This document shows, piece after piece, positions 9,725 through 20,464 of a stretch of 64,000 nt of DNA. The position numbers and the translations under genes were made by a program. The notes under the pieces were generated by a model. That model had not been told where the DNA came from. It ran no database searches and saw nothing but the letters and a program-made list of their open reading frames with translations. How positions within the stretch are numbered: the stretch's first letter is position 1; each line of letters opens with the position of its first letter. This stretch comes from Acaryochloridaceae cyanobacterium VAR_48_metabat_390. Its GTDB lineage: Bacteria > Cyanobacteriota > Cyanobacteriia > Thermosynechococcales > Thermosynechococcaceae. The stretch is taken from contig JANPLU010000016.1 of the NCBI GenBank assembly GCA_031422435.1, positions 30,148 through 94,147 of the forward strand, read 5' to 3'.

Positions 9725-10594
9725 ATGTTAAACCATCTTTTGGCTGGATTGATGGGGCTGGGCGGGTTAAGCCTATTTTTATCGGGTTTCTTTTTCCCAG
9801 AAGTCCGACGAAAGACCGATTTTGCCTGGAGCGGTGTGGCTGTGCTCTACGCTCTGGTGTTATGGATTGAAAGCCATCAGCCCCCTAGCGGCGCACTTTT
9901 AGGGCATATTCTCAGCGTGGCGCTGATCGTCTGGTTTGGGTGGCAAACCCTTCAGCAACGTCAGCAGTCTACTGCATTAGAAGAAAGGACTGTAATTCCA
10001 AACTCTTTAGAGACTCTGACCCCATTTCTAAAAGCAGGTTGGATCCAGCTTACGGTAGCCTATGGCAAAACCGTAAGCTGGATCCAAACCCAAATGGGTA
10101 ATGACGACATAAACGTTGTGCCCGAATCACTTACCTCTCAATCGCCTCAAGAAGATGCGTGGGACGACAACACGTTTGCTGTTTCGACCCATTCCCCAAC
10201 GCCTGTAGTCGCTGCTGAAACCCCAGAACAGTTAGAAGCTGAGCCAATCACCCCTACCGAAGCTAAACCCCTTCAAGCCGGAGCAGACCTTCAGCATAAT
10301 TTACCCCATCTAAAGCCTGAAGAATTACAGGATGCACCGCCGCAAGTTTCCCCAGACTCACCCGGAGGCGAAGAAAACAGCCCCCCTTCTGCCATAACAG
10401 ATAGCGCCTCTGCATCAGCGTCTGAAATCAGCCACGATATCCCGGTTGAAGAGATTGCTGCCGAGTCCAAATTAGCACCCCTGGATGAAGAGCAAGATAT
10501 TCCAGATGAAGGAACGATGCATGAAGACGTCACCCGCACCCCAACGCCAGAAGACGATGATGAATCCTGGCCTCCCGAAGATCCAGTTACCTAG
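9725..10594 (+). CDS. Ycf66 family membrane protein with acidic Pro-rich tail
   Basis: FFFPEVRRKTDFAWSGVAVLYALVLW N-terminal domain. Confidence 0.7.
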   Translation: MLNHLLAGLMGLGGLSLFLSGFFFPEVRRKTDFAWSGVAVLYALVLWIESHQPPSGALLGHILSVALIVWFGWQTLQQRQQSTALEERTVIPNSLETLTPFLKAGWIQLTVAYGKTVSWIQTQMGNDDINVVPESLTSQSPQEDAWDDNTFAVSTHSPTPVVAAETPEQLEAEPITPTEAKPLQAGADLQHNLPHLKPEELQDAPPQVSPDSPGGEENSPPSAITDSASASASEISHDIPVEEIAAESKLAPLDEEQDIPDEGTMHEDVTRTPTPEDDDESWPPEDPVT

Positions 10595-10686
10595 AGCCAA
10601 TAACCTAAACAGTTTGATTGATTTTCATTCAATGGTTGCCTCGCTGTTGTTATCTTCCGCAGTTAAAGATGCCTTGTAGGGTGTCG

Positions 10687-12357
10687 CTATTTGTGTTTGA
10701 GAAATGATGGTAGACGGCTCTGTAAGCGGGTGATAGAGAGATTAACCTCAGGAATCCCTAAGCGGGCTGCTAACCCTCCAAAGAGCAGTAGCCCTATTAG
10801 GCCAGCAAGGGAAAGTTCGAGCAACAGCAGCACTTCATTTTCTTGAGCGCCCGACAAGAGTTGCATTCCTCTCAAGCTGCCCCAACTGGCGGCCCCTGCT
10901 AAGGCACTGGCAATGGTCAACCCTGTGATGGGCTTAATCCAGGACTTGAGATTTAGCCCATGCAGCCGTCGATTTAAGATCCACAGCAGTGCCGCCATTG
11001 AAAATACGTTGACGCTGACCGTGGCATAGACCAGTCCAGGTGCGCCAAAGTCAAAAAATCGCACAAAGATGTAGTCCATCAAGGCGTTGATGCCAATGTT
11101 GATCATGCTGATGCGAAAGGGTGTGTCGCCATCGCCTAGGGCGTAGAATACGCGCACTAAGACATCTCGCCCTAGATACACAAACATACCTAAGCTGTAG
11201 GCAATCAGTACGGGCGCAACCAACTGTGAGGCTTCGCGGCTAAAGGCATAGCGCTCATACACAACTTTTACAATCGGAAATGCTAGCGCCATCATGAGCG
11301 CCCCAATGGGCAGCATGATGACAGCCGTTAACATAATGCCTTGGCGGATTCGGCTCTTGAGTTCTGGCCAGTCTTGAGGATCGGTTAGTCGAGAAAATAT
11401 GGGCAGTAATGGCACTAGAATCATGTTGGACAAAATGCCCAGCGGTGCCTGTACTAAAAGCGTGGAATAGGTTAGCGCTGAGGCTGCCCCTGGAATGAAG
11501 GAGGCAAAGAACAGATCGGTATAGACATTGATAAACATCATGCCTGAGGAAAAGGTTGCAGGGCCTAAAAGCCGCAATACCTCTTGTATCCCAGGATCGC
11601 GAACATTAAACCGGAGACGCAAACCTCCCATCTGGGCGCGTACTTGCGCTGGAATCTGAACGAGCCACTGTAAAACTGCGCCAGCTAAGGTTCCATAGGC
11701 CAGCACTAGGCCTCCTAATTGGGCGTGCTGTGGGTCGACGATTTTGCCCCCCAAGGTCAAACTTAACCAACCCACTCCTAAGATGACTGTTAGGCTAGAC
11801 AGCAGTGGGCTAATGGAGGGAAGCCAATACTCGTCAGCAGCATTGAGGCTACCAAAGCCAATGCCAATGAGTCCGGCAAAAAGTGCCATTGGAGCCATGA
11901 TGCGGAGCTGAAGAATCGCAATCTCACGGGTTTGCTCAATGACCTGGAAGCTAGCGGGATCTTTGGCCTGTTCTGCTGTAATGAATAAACCAGCGGCCAC
12001 TAGGTGCAGCATAGGTTCGGCAAAAACCATTAGGGCAAGAGTGAACAAGATTAAAATTCCACTCACGACGGTCGTGATGGTTTCGACGAGTGGAGCCGCC
12101 TCTGCTTTGGAGCGCTTTGCCAATACACTGACAATTGAGCTATGAAATGGCCCGTTAATGCCCCCTAACAAAATCAAGAAAAAGCCAGGGATGACAGAAG
12201 AAAAGTTATAGGCTTCGTAAGCTGGCCCTGTGCCAAAGGCTGCGGCAATGACCACCTGCCGCAGCAGCCCCGCGACTTTACTAACGAGGGTGGCGATCGC
12301 CACAACGGCGGCGATATTGGTCAGAGAACGGCGGGGCGACTTTGACGATTCACTCAC
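10687..12357 (-). CDS. murJ: Lipid II flippase MurJ (MviN)
   Basis: GGINGPFHS and RDVLVRVFYALGD motifs; many TM segments. Confidence 0.93.
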   Translation of the reverse strand: MSESSKSPRRSLTNIAAVVAIATLVSKVAGLLRQVVIAAAFGTGPAYEAYNFSSVIPGFFLILLGGINGPFHSSIVSVLAKRSKAEAAPLVETITTVVSGILILFTLALMVFAEPMLHLVAAGLFITAEQAKDPASFQVIEQTREIAILQLRIMAPMALFAGLIGIGFGSLNAADEYWLPSISPLLSSLTVILGVGWLSLTLGGKIVDPQHAQLGGLVLAYGTLAGAVLQWLVQIPAQVRAQMGGLRLRFNVRDPGIQEVLRLLGPATFSSGMMFINVYTDLFFASFIPGAASALTYSTLLVQAPLGILSNMILVPLLPIFSRLTDPQDWPELKSRIRQGIMLTAVIMLPIGALMMALAFPIVKVVYERYAFSREASQLVAPVLIAYSLGMFVYLGRDVLVRVFYALGDGDTPFRISMINIGINALMDYIFVRFFDFGAPGLVYATVSVNVFSMAALLWILNRRLHGLNLKSWIKPITGLTIASALAGAASWGSLRGMQLLSGAQENEVLLLLELSLAGLIGLLLFGGLAARLGIPEVNLSITRLQSRLPSFLKHK

Positions 12358-12610
12358 AGATGGCTATGCCCAAGAATAAACATTCACCTATTTAAGCGCG
12401 TGTGCTGTCCGAATGAACCTTAGACTTTCGGAAAACTGTAATTTTAATGAAGAACTGACTGCTGCATTACCGCTGCTCGAAGAATGAAGTCAGTAATGTC
12501 ATCAATGCCCGTCCTTAATGGGAAGTCTGGCGATCTCACACTTTCGGCGATCGCAAGGTCGTAGCCGCACAGCTTCGTTTTTTGACCAGTCCTTAGCCAC
12601 TAAATTGGAA

Positions 12611-13219
12611 CTACTGTACTAGCCACTGCCACAGTCTCAATAAAGCATCCACCCCAAAATATCCCATGCCAAACACTGCCACCGTAATCACCACCGTCAT
12701 GCCATAGCTGACGCACATCAGCAGACCATCCGCTTCCAGCATGGCAAACACAAACAGCAAAATGCCCACCGTTGGGATCGGGTTCGTGAACGGAATCGGC
12801 AGCATGAGCAAAAACGCCAGCCAGCAAATGCATAGCCCGTTAATGCGCCAGATCGAAGGATTATTTGCCAGCCAGGGCATCCTGGGGCGCACAAACTTTT
12901 CCAGCAGCTTTGTAATCGACTGCATCACCTTAAGCAGCTTCTCCATAAAAGCGGGGGGAAGCTTTAGATTTGCAACGCGCTTGGGGAGCCAAGGAGCTTT
13001 CCACCCCGCCAGCATCTGTAGCCCCAGCAAAATGCATCCGCTCCCAGAAATAGTAGAAACCCCAGGCGGCATGGGCAGCAAAAACGGCAGCGCCAACAGC
13101 GCCATCACTAAACCAAAGCTTTGCTCTGAGGTTTCTTCTAACAGTTCAGCCAGCGTGACGGATTGGGTTGCGGAACGCTCAATGAGTGGCTTCAGTTCTT
13201 GAGAGAATTTAAGATGCAT
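12611..13219 (-). CDS. exoD: Exopolysaccharide synthesis ExoD family protein
   Basis: LALPFLLPMPPG, RPR..W, LPIPFTNPIP and EADG motifs. Confidence 0.85.
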   Translation of the reverse strand: MHLKFSQELKPLIERSATQSVTLAELLEETSEQSFGLVMALLALPFLLPMPPGVSTISGSGCILLGLQMLAGWKAPWLPKRVANLKLPPAFMEKLLKVMQSITKLLEKFVRPRMPWLANNPSIWRINGLCICWLAFLLMLPIPFTNPIPTVGILLFVFAMLEADGLLMCVSYGMTVVITVAVFGMGYFGVDALLRLWQWLVQ

Positions 13220-13355
13220 GGGTGGCGGCGGCGATGGCGTAATAAGGACGTTAAAAGATTGTGATTGATTCTGGCCCGTTTTGACAGCAAAAGTGTCGTC
13301 GTTACTCGAGGGTAAACCTATGTTTTAAATCTTTATAATAGATTTCTCTCTCAGC

Positions 13356-13795
13356 TTATTCTGACATCTGCATCTTGAGCAAAACTTTCAAAACGCCTCG
13401 TTGTTGGGCATGGCTAAATACTGTTAATCCATCTGCTAAAGGATAGCGCGTCTGAATTAAACCAGATACATCCATTTTTTGAGCAGTCAGTAGCTTAAGG
13501 ATCTCTGGGAAAAGCCCACAGCGGGAGCCAATCAGCGTAATTTCATCCACCACTAACGCAGATGCATCGAGACTTAGCTGTTCAGCATAGGTGCTTTTGA
13601 GTACCAAAGTACCGCGAGGCCGCAGCGATTTTAGGGCGATCGCAAAGCCTTTGGGGTTGCCTGTGCATTCCACTGCAATATCAAAATTGCGGTGCTGCAC
13701 TGCATCCGCATATCCGGTGCGGATACCTCGTGCTTCAAGGTGGGCAAGTTTTTCTACATGTCGCCTTACCGCCAACAGATCGCATTCAGTGAACC
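13356..13795 (-). pseudogene. 5'-truncated zinc-binding alcohol dehydrogenase (MDR family) remnant
   Basis: Only the C-terminal half is present (FDIAVECTGNP, RPRGTLVLKST, EITLIGSRCG). There is no GHE/GroES domain or GxGxxG, and the upstream in-frame sequence looks non-homologous. Confidence 0.7.
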
Positions 13796-13961
13796 ATTGT
13801 AAACTAGCCAATCTGCTGACTCTAGGCCGCACAGCACAGTAAAATGGCGGTAGCGACTTATGCGTGCGCAATTTTATAGGACCGGATCGCACAGGCGGTT
13901 GGTTTTGCAGACGTGAGCGATCGCCACAGCAAAGACTTCATGGTTTAGGGGCATACATAGG

Positions 13962-16520
13962 GTGATGGACTATCAGCTAATTTCAGTGGCTTCGGCGATC
14001 GCAGTTGTCATCGGGCTGGTGCTTAGCCTTCGATTTCGGAGCCAGCGGGGAGCGGCACAGTCTGCCTTAGCCGCAGCCGATTCAGAGAAGACAGCGCTAC
14101 AAAGCAGGGTAGAGAAGCTGACCCAAGAAAGAACTGCGCTTACAGAAGCCATGAGTCTTGCAAAGCAGGTCGTCACGGCCTTAGAGCAAGACGTGGCGGC
14201 ACTCACCCAATCTAAAGAAACGCTGCTGCAAGAGAAGGCAGTTGAGCAACAAAATAGTGCTAATCTTCAAGCTAAAGTTGCAAATCTTCGCCAGCAACAG
14301 CAGCAGACTGAGCAGAACTTAACGGCAGCACAAGCTAAGCTCACTACGGTGCAGGCAGAACTTGAAAGCTTGAGTCAAGCGAAAACTCAGCTTGAAACCG
14401 AGCTGCAAACCAAACAAACCGACAATCAGGTGTTGCAGCAGCGCCTTGATGAAGCCTCCCAGATCCAGCAAAAACTCCAGACCCATCTACAAACAGCGCT
14501 TCAAGAAACAGAATCGAGAGATCAACAGATCCACAACCTGACCCAAACCCACGATCAGCTTGAACAAACGCATCGTACAGCCCAGACCCAAATCACTGAA
14601 TTGGAGCAGCAGCTCACCCAACTCCGGCAGCAAGCCCAACGGGATAATGATGCCTTCCAAACTGAAAATGCAGCGTTTCAGGCACGTCTGAAGGTATTGG
14701 CTCAAGCGGAACAAGATCTAAAGCAGGCTCAAGCCAAACTGACCCAACTCGAACAAGCCATAAGTCAGGTGTCTGAGGAACGGGGGGCACTCACGCTAAC
14801 CCTGACCACCGCCCAGTCACAGGTAAAATCTTTAGAATCTGATCTAGAGAATCTTCAGCAACAGCGCCAGCAGTTGACGGAAGAACTTCAGCAAGCTCGA
14901 GCTGAAACCACTGGGCTGCAAGATCAGGTAACGACCTTAGATCAGAATCACCAGCGCACCCTAACCGAACTTGAAGCGCAGCATCAAACGGCGATCGCTC
15001 AGCTACAGCATCAGCTAGCAACGCTAGAACCCTACACCGCTCAGGTTGAAGATCTCCAGGCACAGCTCCAAGCCGCCCAGAACGATCGCACGACTCTTCA
15101 GCAACAGGTAGATCGCCTCACGCAAACACAAGAGCGGCTTCAGCAAACCCAGCGCAGCGGAAACCAGTCCCTGACCACTCTCCAACAGAGGCTTCAGGAT
15201 TTAGAATTCCAAAACGTGAAGCTGGAAAGCGATCTCCTCGAAATACAGGAGATTGCGGCTGTTACCGAACAAACGCAAAGTAACCTTCAAACAGAGCTAG
15301 AAACCGCCCATCAAAACATCTCTACTCTTGAGAACAGCCTTGCTCAAGCCAATGCGCTTGGGCAACAAGCGCAGGAGCTAGAACAAGAGCGCGATCGCCT
15401 GAACCAATCCCTCGCACAAATCCAAGCCAGCCTTACTGAACAAGAACAAGCCAAAGCCAACCTGGAAGCTTTACTACAAGTCACGGAATCCAAAGCAATT
15501 GAATTAAAGGCTCAGGTCGAGCAGTTCTCGCAAGCCCAAGCGCTGCATCAACAGGAACTTCAGGCGAGCCAAGCCACCATCGAAGACCTGACGCAGCAAA
15601 TTCAAGTTTTAGCACAGCAGGAAGCGGCGCTAAAAACGGCTGCGGCACAGGGCGAAACCTTAGCACCGCAGCTTGTGGCGCTAGAACAAGAACGCGATCG
15701 CCTTAGTCAAGAACTTAAAGCGGCTCAATCCGCACTGTCTGAGCAAGAACAAGCCAAGGCGAACTTAGAAAACTTACTGCAAAAGGCTCAAGCCCAAAAA
15801 GGTGCTTTAGAAACTGAGTTGCAGCAGTTAACGCAAGCCGAGACGACTTCCCACGCAGATGTCCAGTCTCATCAAACTGCCCTGGAAACCCTCACTCAGC
15901 AGATTCAAGCCCTAGAGCAAGAAAAGACAAAACAGGCAGAGAAGTTAGAAACGGCGATCGCCCAAACGCAAACCCTTACGCCTCAACTTCAGGCGCTTCA
16001 GCAAGAACGTGACGAGATGGAACGGGGGCTGACGGAAGCCAGTACCGTGGTGGATACCCTAGAGCAAAAGGTTGAAACCCTGCAAAAAGAAAAAGGACAG
16101 TTGGCTGAAGCCATGAAGATGGCAAAGGATGTGGTTGCCTTTTTAGAACAGCAGGTAAAGGATTTAAGTCAGCAAAAAGCAAATCCGCCTCAAATGCCCC
16201 AAACCTCTCAGGCAGTAGCGGAACCCAAAACAGAGCCTAAACCCATCGAAGAAGCGGACTTATCGCCTTCTAGCGCAGGATCTACGAGTAGACCATTAGA
16301 AGGAAAAACCTTTGTAATTACAGGGAAGCTCCTGGCGCTGAGTTTTGAGCAGTCTAAAGCCCTCATTGAAGCAGCAGGAGGGCAGATTAATGAGCATCCT
16401 AGCTCCCAAACCAGCTATGTGGTTGTGGGCACAAACCCTGGCAAAAAGCTCAAAAAAGCAGAGAAATACGGCACCCCACAGCTTACAGAAACCCAGCTTC
16501 TAGAACTATTAGAGCCGTAG
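13962..16520 (+). CDS. Membrane-anchored long coiled-coil protein with C-terminal BRCT domain
   Basis: N-terminal TM helix, about 700 aa of Q/E/L/A heptad-like sequence, and C-terminal LEGKTFVITG..IEAAGG..TSYVVVG.NPG.KLKKA. Confidence 0.85.
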   Translation: MMDYQLISVASAIAVVIGLVLSLRFRSQRGAAQSALAAADSEKTALQSRVEKLTQERTALTEAMSLAKQVVTALEQDVAALTQSKETLLQEKAVEQQNSANLQAKVANLRQQQQQTEQNLTAAQAKLTTVQAELESLSQAKTQLETELQTKQTDNQVLQQRLDEASQIQQKLQTHLQTALQETESRDQQIHNLTQTHDQLEQTHRTAQTQITELEQQLTQLRQQAQRDNDAFQTENAAFQARLKVLAQAEQDLKQAQAKLTQLEQAISQVSEERGALTLTLTTAQSQVKSLESDLENLQQQRQQLTEELQQARAETTGLQDQVTTLDQNHQRTLTELEAQHQTAIAQLQHQLATLEPYTAQVEDLQAQLQAAQNDRTTLQQQVDRLTQTQERLQQTQRSGNQSLTTLQQRLQDLEFQNVKLESDLLEIQEIAAVTEQTQSNLQTELETAHQNISTLENSLAQANALGQQAQELEQERDRLNQSLAQIQASLTEQEQAKANLEALLQVTESKAIELKAQVEQFSQAQALHQQELQASQATIEDLTQQIQVLAQQEAALKTAAAQGETLAPQLVALEQERDRLSQELKAAQSALSEQEQAKANLENLLQKAQAQKGALETELQQLTQAETTSHADVQSHQTALETLTQQIQALEQEKTKQAEKLETAIAQTQTLTPQLQALQQERDEMERGLTEASTVVDTLEQKVETLQKEKGQLAEAMKMAKDVVAFLEQQVKDLSQQKANPPQMPQTSQAVAEPKTEPKPIEEADLSPSSAGSTSRPLEGKTFVITGKLLALSFEQSKALIEAAGGQINEHPSSQTSYVVVGTNPGKKLKKAEKYGTPQLTETQLLELLEP

Positions 16521-16663
16521 AATCATCTGCTGCAAAGGCTCACTTTTGTAGACAGCCTTTGGGCTAAAGAACATTCATTTTGACGGTCAAACGTGTACAT
16601 TTGAGTGGGGGCAAAATTGCCTCCGTTCGCGGATAACTGCATATCAAAAGACAGGGGTACTGC

Positions 16664-18334
16664 ATGGTTGCTGAACTTGTAACAAATGCCTCGGTTGCAT
16701 CTAGCGCCACAAAGGCTGAACCCCAAAGCCGCATTTTAGCGGCGATCGATATTGGCACCAATTCAGTCCACATGGTTGTCGTTCGCATCAACCCCGAACT
16801 GCCTGCCTTCAATATTGTCGATGCCGAAAAAAGCACCGTCCGCTTAGGAGAACGCTGCCCACAAACTGGCAATTTGACCGCAGAGGCAATGGCACGGGCG
16901 ATCGCCGCCCTCCGACGCTGCCTAGATATGGCAAAGGTCTGGAATGCTGAGCAGGTGATCGCCGTTGCCACCAGCGCTACCCGCGAAGCGCCCAACGGGA
17001 AAGACTTTATTCGAGAAGTAGAGACGCAGTTAGGACTGCAAATTGACCTAATCTCAGGGCAAGAAGAAGCCCGTCGAATTTATCTGGGCGTATTGTCAGG
17101 GTTAGAGTTTAACCATCAACTCCACACCATTATTGACATTGGCGGCGGCTCTACAGAACTCATTTTAGGGGATGGTCACGACCCGCGTTTTCTCAGCAGC
17201 ACCAAAGTTGGGGCAGTGCGCCTCACCAACGAATTTGTTACCACAGACCCCATTGGCAGCCGCGATTTTGATCGCCTCCATGCCTACGTGCGCGGCATGT
17301 TGGAGTGGCCGATTGAAGACCTCAAAGCCAAAATAGCACAGGGCGAAACCGTCAATATGGTAGGCACCTCTGGCACCATTGAGAGCCTAATTCGCTTAGA
17401 TGCTTACGCTAACGCTGCCGGGGCGCCACCCACCACCCTCAGCGGCTATGTCCTTACCCTAGAGCGGCTTCAGGCGCTGAACCAGCGCTTACGAAAGCTG
17501 TCCTTTGGCGATCGCTGTAAGATGCCAGGCATGTCCGAGCGACGCGCCGAGATCATCTTGGCGGGGGGCGTCATTCTCCAAGAAGTGATGGAAAATCTGG
17601 GCATGACTAAAATTCAGTCCTGCACCCGCGCTCTACGGGAAGGCATCATCGTAGACTGGATGCTCAACCACGGGCTAATTGAAGATCGGCTGCGCTATCA
17701 GGGTTCTGTGCGTCAGCGGAGCGCCCTCAACCTCGCGCAAAAGTATCGGGTCAACCTAGACAATGCTCAACAGGCGGCGAAGTTTGCCGTCATGCTGTTT
17801 GACCAAACCTGTGGAACGCTGCACCAATGGGGCACCCAAGAGCGGGAATTACTGTGGACTGCTGCCATTTTGCATAACTGCGGGCACTACATTAGCCACT
17901 CCGCTCACCACAAGCATTCTTACTACCTCATCCGCAACGGTGGGCTGCTGGGGTATACCGATGCCGAAATTGAAATGATTGCCAACCTTGCGCGCTATCA
18001 CCGTAAAGGCGCACCTAAGAAAAAGCACGAAAGCTATCAAGGTTTAGGTAAACTAGAGCGCCAAATGGTTGATCAGCTCAGCGCCCTTCTTAAGGTTGCC
18101 GTTGCCCTTGATCGCCGACAAATTAATGCCATTGACTCACTGCACTGCACCTTCAATGCTGTCGGGCGTGAACTGTCTTTGACTCTAACGCCCACCCAAG
18201 CAGGAGATGACTGTAGCCTAGAGCTATGGAGTTTGGAGTATAAAAAAGGCTGCTTAGAGGCAGAATTTGGGATAAAACTCGTCGTTAAAGTAGACGCTGC
18301 TCAAGATACGGGCGTTCTCTCTGCGGTTGGCTAA
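16664..18334 (+). CDS. ppx: Exopolyphosphatase Ppx/GppA
   Basis: AAIDIGTNS, ATSATREA, DIGGGSTE motifs and a C-terminal HD-like region. Confidence 0.93.
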   Translation: MVAELVTNASVASSATKAEPQSRILAAIDIGTNSVHMVVVRINPELPAFNIVDAEKSTVRLGERCPQTGNLTAEAMARAIAALRRCLDMAKVWNAEQVIAVATSATREAPNGKDFIREVETQLGLQIDLISGQEEARRIYLGVLSGLEFNHQLHTIIDIGGGSTELILGDGHDPRFLSSTKVGAVRLTNEFVTTDPIGSRDFDRLHAYVRGMLEWPIEDLKAKIAQGETVNMVGTSGTIESLIRLDAYANAAGAPPTTLSGYVLTLERLQALNQRLRKLSFGDRCKMPGMSERRAEIILAGGVILQEVMENLGMTKIQSCTRALREGIIVDWMLNHGLIEDRLRYQGSVRQRSALNLAQKYRVNLDNAQQAAKFAVMLFDQTCGTLHQWGTQERELLWTAAILHNCGHYISHSAHHKHSYYLIRNGGLLGYTDAEIEMIANLARYHRKGAPKKKHESYQGLGKLERQMVDQLSALLKVAVALDRRQINAIDSLHCTFNAVGRELSLTLTPTQAGDDCSLELWSLEYKKGCLEAEFGIKLVVKVDAAQDTGVLSAVG

Positions 18335-18419
18335 AAATCTCTTAACCTTGCTAAAAACAGTCTGTTTCTGACGACCATAACCCCCTAAGATGATGGGAGT
18401 TGCTGCGCTCTAAGACTCT

Positions 18420-19613
18420 ATGGCTGTAAAAGCGATTACCCTGCTAGGTTCCACTGGCTCCATTGGCACCCAAACTCTAGATATTGTTGCAACCCACCCC
18501 GACCAGTTTCGGATTGTGGGACTGGCGGCAGGTCGTAATATTGCGCTGTTGGCAGACCAAATTCGGCAGTTTAAGCCCGAGATAGTGGCGATCGCAGACC
18601 CCACCCAGCTTCCAGACCTAAAAGCGGCAATTGCAGATGTCGTCCCGCAGCCCATCTTAGTGAGCGGCGAAGCAGGTATTGTTGAAGTTGCTGCCTATGG
18701 CGATGCCCAAGCCGTTGTCACCGGAATTGTGGGCTGTGCAGGACTGTTGCCCACCATTGCCGCCATTAAAGCAGGCAAAGATATTGCTTTAGCCAATAAA
18801 GAGACACTAATTGCGGGTGGCCCCGTCGTGCTGCCGCTGGTAGAGACCCACGGCGTTAAACTCCTCCCCGCAGATTCAGAGCATTCCGCTATTTTTCAGT
18901 GCTTGCAGGGTGTTCCAGAGGGCGGACTTCGGCGTATTATTCTAACGGCTTCCGGTGGCGCGTTTAGAGATTGGCCTGTCGAAAAGTTGGTGCAGGTGAC
19001 GGTCGCCGATGCCCTGAAGCACCCCAACTGGTCGATGGGTCGCAAAATCACCGTCGATTCTGCCACGTTGATGAATAAAGGGCTAGAGGTGATTGAAGCT
19101 CACTACCTCTTTGGCGCAGACTACGACAACATTGATATCGTCATCCATCCCCAAAGCATTATTCACTCCCTGATTGAAGTACAGGATACCTCCGTGCTGG
19201 CTCAACTGGGCTGGCCCGATATGCGTCTGCCGCTGCTCTATGCACTCTCTTGGCCGGAGCGCATCGCCACAAATTGGGAACCCCTCGATTTAGTTAAATC
19301 TGGCGACCTCACCTTCCGTGCACCCAACCACGAAAAATATCCCTGTATGGGCTTAGCCTACGCTGCCGGACGTGCAGGCGGCTGTTTGCCAGCGGTCTTA
19401 AATGCGGCTAATGAGCAGGCGGTTGCCCTATTTTTAGACGAAAAGATTACCTTTTTGGATATCCCTAGGGTGATTGAAAAAGCCTGCGATCACTTTGGGT
19501 CTCAAAATACCTCAACCCCAAGCCTAGACGATATTCTCCATGCCGACCGCTGGGCAAGACAAGCCGTACTCGAGGCAAGTCAAACGTCAGCAACAAGCGT
19601 CATTTCACTTTGA
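18420..19613 (+). CDS. dxr: 1-deoxy-D-xylulose-5-phosphate reductoisomerase
   Basis: [23 protein letters not shown] and NKGLEVIEA motifs. Confidence 0.97.
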   Translation: MAVKAITLLGSTGSIGTQTLDIVATHPDQFRIVGLAAGRNIALLADQIRQFKPEIVAIADPTQLPDLKAAIADVVPQPILVSGEAGIVEVAAYGDAQAVVTGIVGCAGLLPTIAAIKAGKDIALANKETLIAGGPVVLPLVETHGVKLLPADSEHSAIFQCLQGVPEGGLRRIILTASGGAFRDWPVEKLVQVTVADALKHPNWSMGRKITVDSATLMNKGLEVIEAHYLFGADYDNIDIVIHPQSIIHSLIEVQDTSVLAQLGWPDMRLPLLYALSWPERIATNWEPLDLVKSGDLTFRAPNHEKYPCMGLAYAAGRAGGCLPAVLNAANEQAVALFLDEKITFLDIPRVIEKACDHFGSQNTSTPSLDDILHADRWARQAVLEASQTSATSVISL

Positions 19614-19615
19614 GA

Positions 19616-20464
19616 CTAGTACAACGGAGCCGGCTTTTCTTTAATCCGTTTGGCGATCGGCCGCACTCGCTTCACGACCTTAATCAGATAGCTATAGTCT
19701 GGCGGTTTTGCATTAGTGACATATTCAGCGGCGGCAGCAACAGAGGCGGGTGCCGTTTCGAGCGCCTGGCGGATTTGTTCTTGGGCATTACGCTCAACCG
19801 TGGAACCCACCAAAACGCTGCCGGAGGGAATTTGATGAGTATCTCGAGCCAAAATCCGAAACTGGGTTGGGCTAAAGTCTCCACGATAGCGACTTAACTC
19901 AGTTACGGATAACGCCCCCGCCATTACTTCGCCTTTACTGATCCACTCTAGGGTTGTTCGGGGGGTTGGTGACAGGCGAGTACCTGCAAGGGTTAATCCA
20001 TAAAGGTTATAGATTGGCAAATAGTAGCCCGTGGCTGACCCTGCTTGACCCAATGCGACCGTTTGATTTGCCAGATCGTTAAGCTTTGCCATTGGGCTAT
20101 CTTGTCGCACTACGATCACAGAACGCTCTGTCTCGCCACCCGCTTGGGGCAAAAGGGGCAGGTATTGGTCTTCAGAAATGGCGATCGCTGCCAGACCTGG
20201 GGGCGCAAACACAATGTCCCAGGCTTTGCGCTCAATTTGCTGCACTGCCTGCACTTCGTTGTAGGCTGGCTCTATCTCAATAATGCTCTTAAGCTGGCTT
20301 TCTAAATGGGTTTTGAGGGGAGCATATCGCTCAGCGACATTACTGCCCTTGCCATAGCTCACCACGCCAACGACAAGCTTTTTCTGACCTGATAATTCAG
20401 AAGAGGTACAGCCCAATAAAAACGAAAAAAGTAGTGAAAAGCTCAGGAAACGGTTAAAAAACAT
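19616..20464 (-). CDS. PhnD-like phosphate/phosphite/phosphonate-type substrate-binding lipoprotein
   Basis: LLGC lipobox; SVIVVRQDS, GQAGSATGYYLP and IPSGSVLV motifs; no permease or ATPase gene nearby. Confidence 0.75.
   Translation of the reverse strand: MFFNRFLSFSLLFSFLLGCTSSELSGQKKLVVGVVSYGKGSNVAERYAPLKTHLESQLKSIIEIEPAYNEVQAVQQIERKAWDIVFAPPGLAAIAISEDQYLPLLPQAGGETERSVIVVRQDSPMAKLNDLANQTVALGQAGSATGYYLPIYNLYGLTLAGTRLSPTPRTTLEWISKGEVMAGALSVTELSRYRGDFSPTQFRILARDTHQIPSGSVLVGSTVERNAQEQIRQALETAPASVAAAAEYVTNAKPPDYSYLIKVVKRVRPIAKRIKEKPAPLY

Noticed and set aside
12420..12600. Short minus-strand open frames and a weak hairpin between exoD and murJ
   Set aside because: No convincing start, RBS or recognisable product; not enough evidence for an sORF or sRNA.
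13962..16520. Possible SMC/SbcC or DNA ligase call
   Set aside because: No Walker A/B or hinge motifs and no adenylation (KxDG) domain; only the BRCT resembles LigA.
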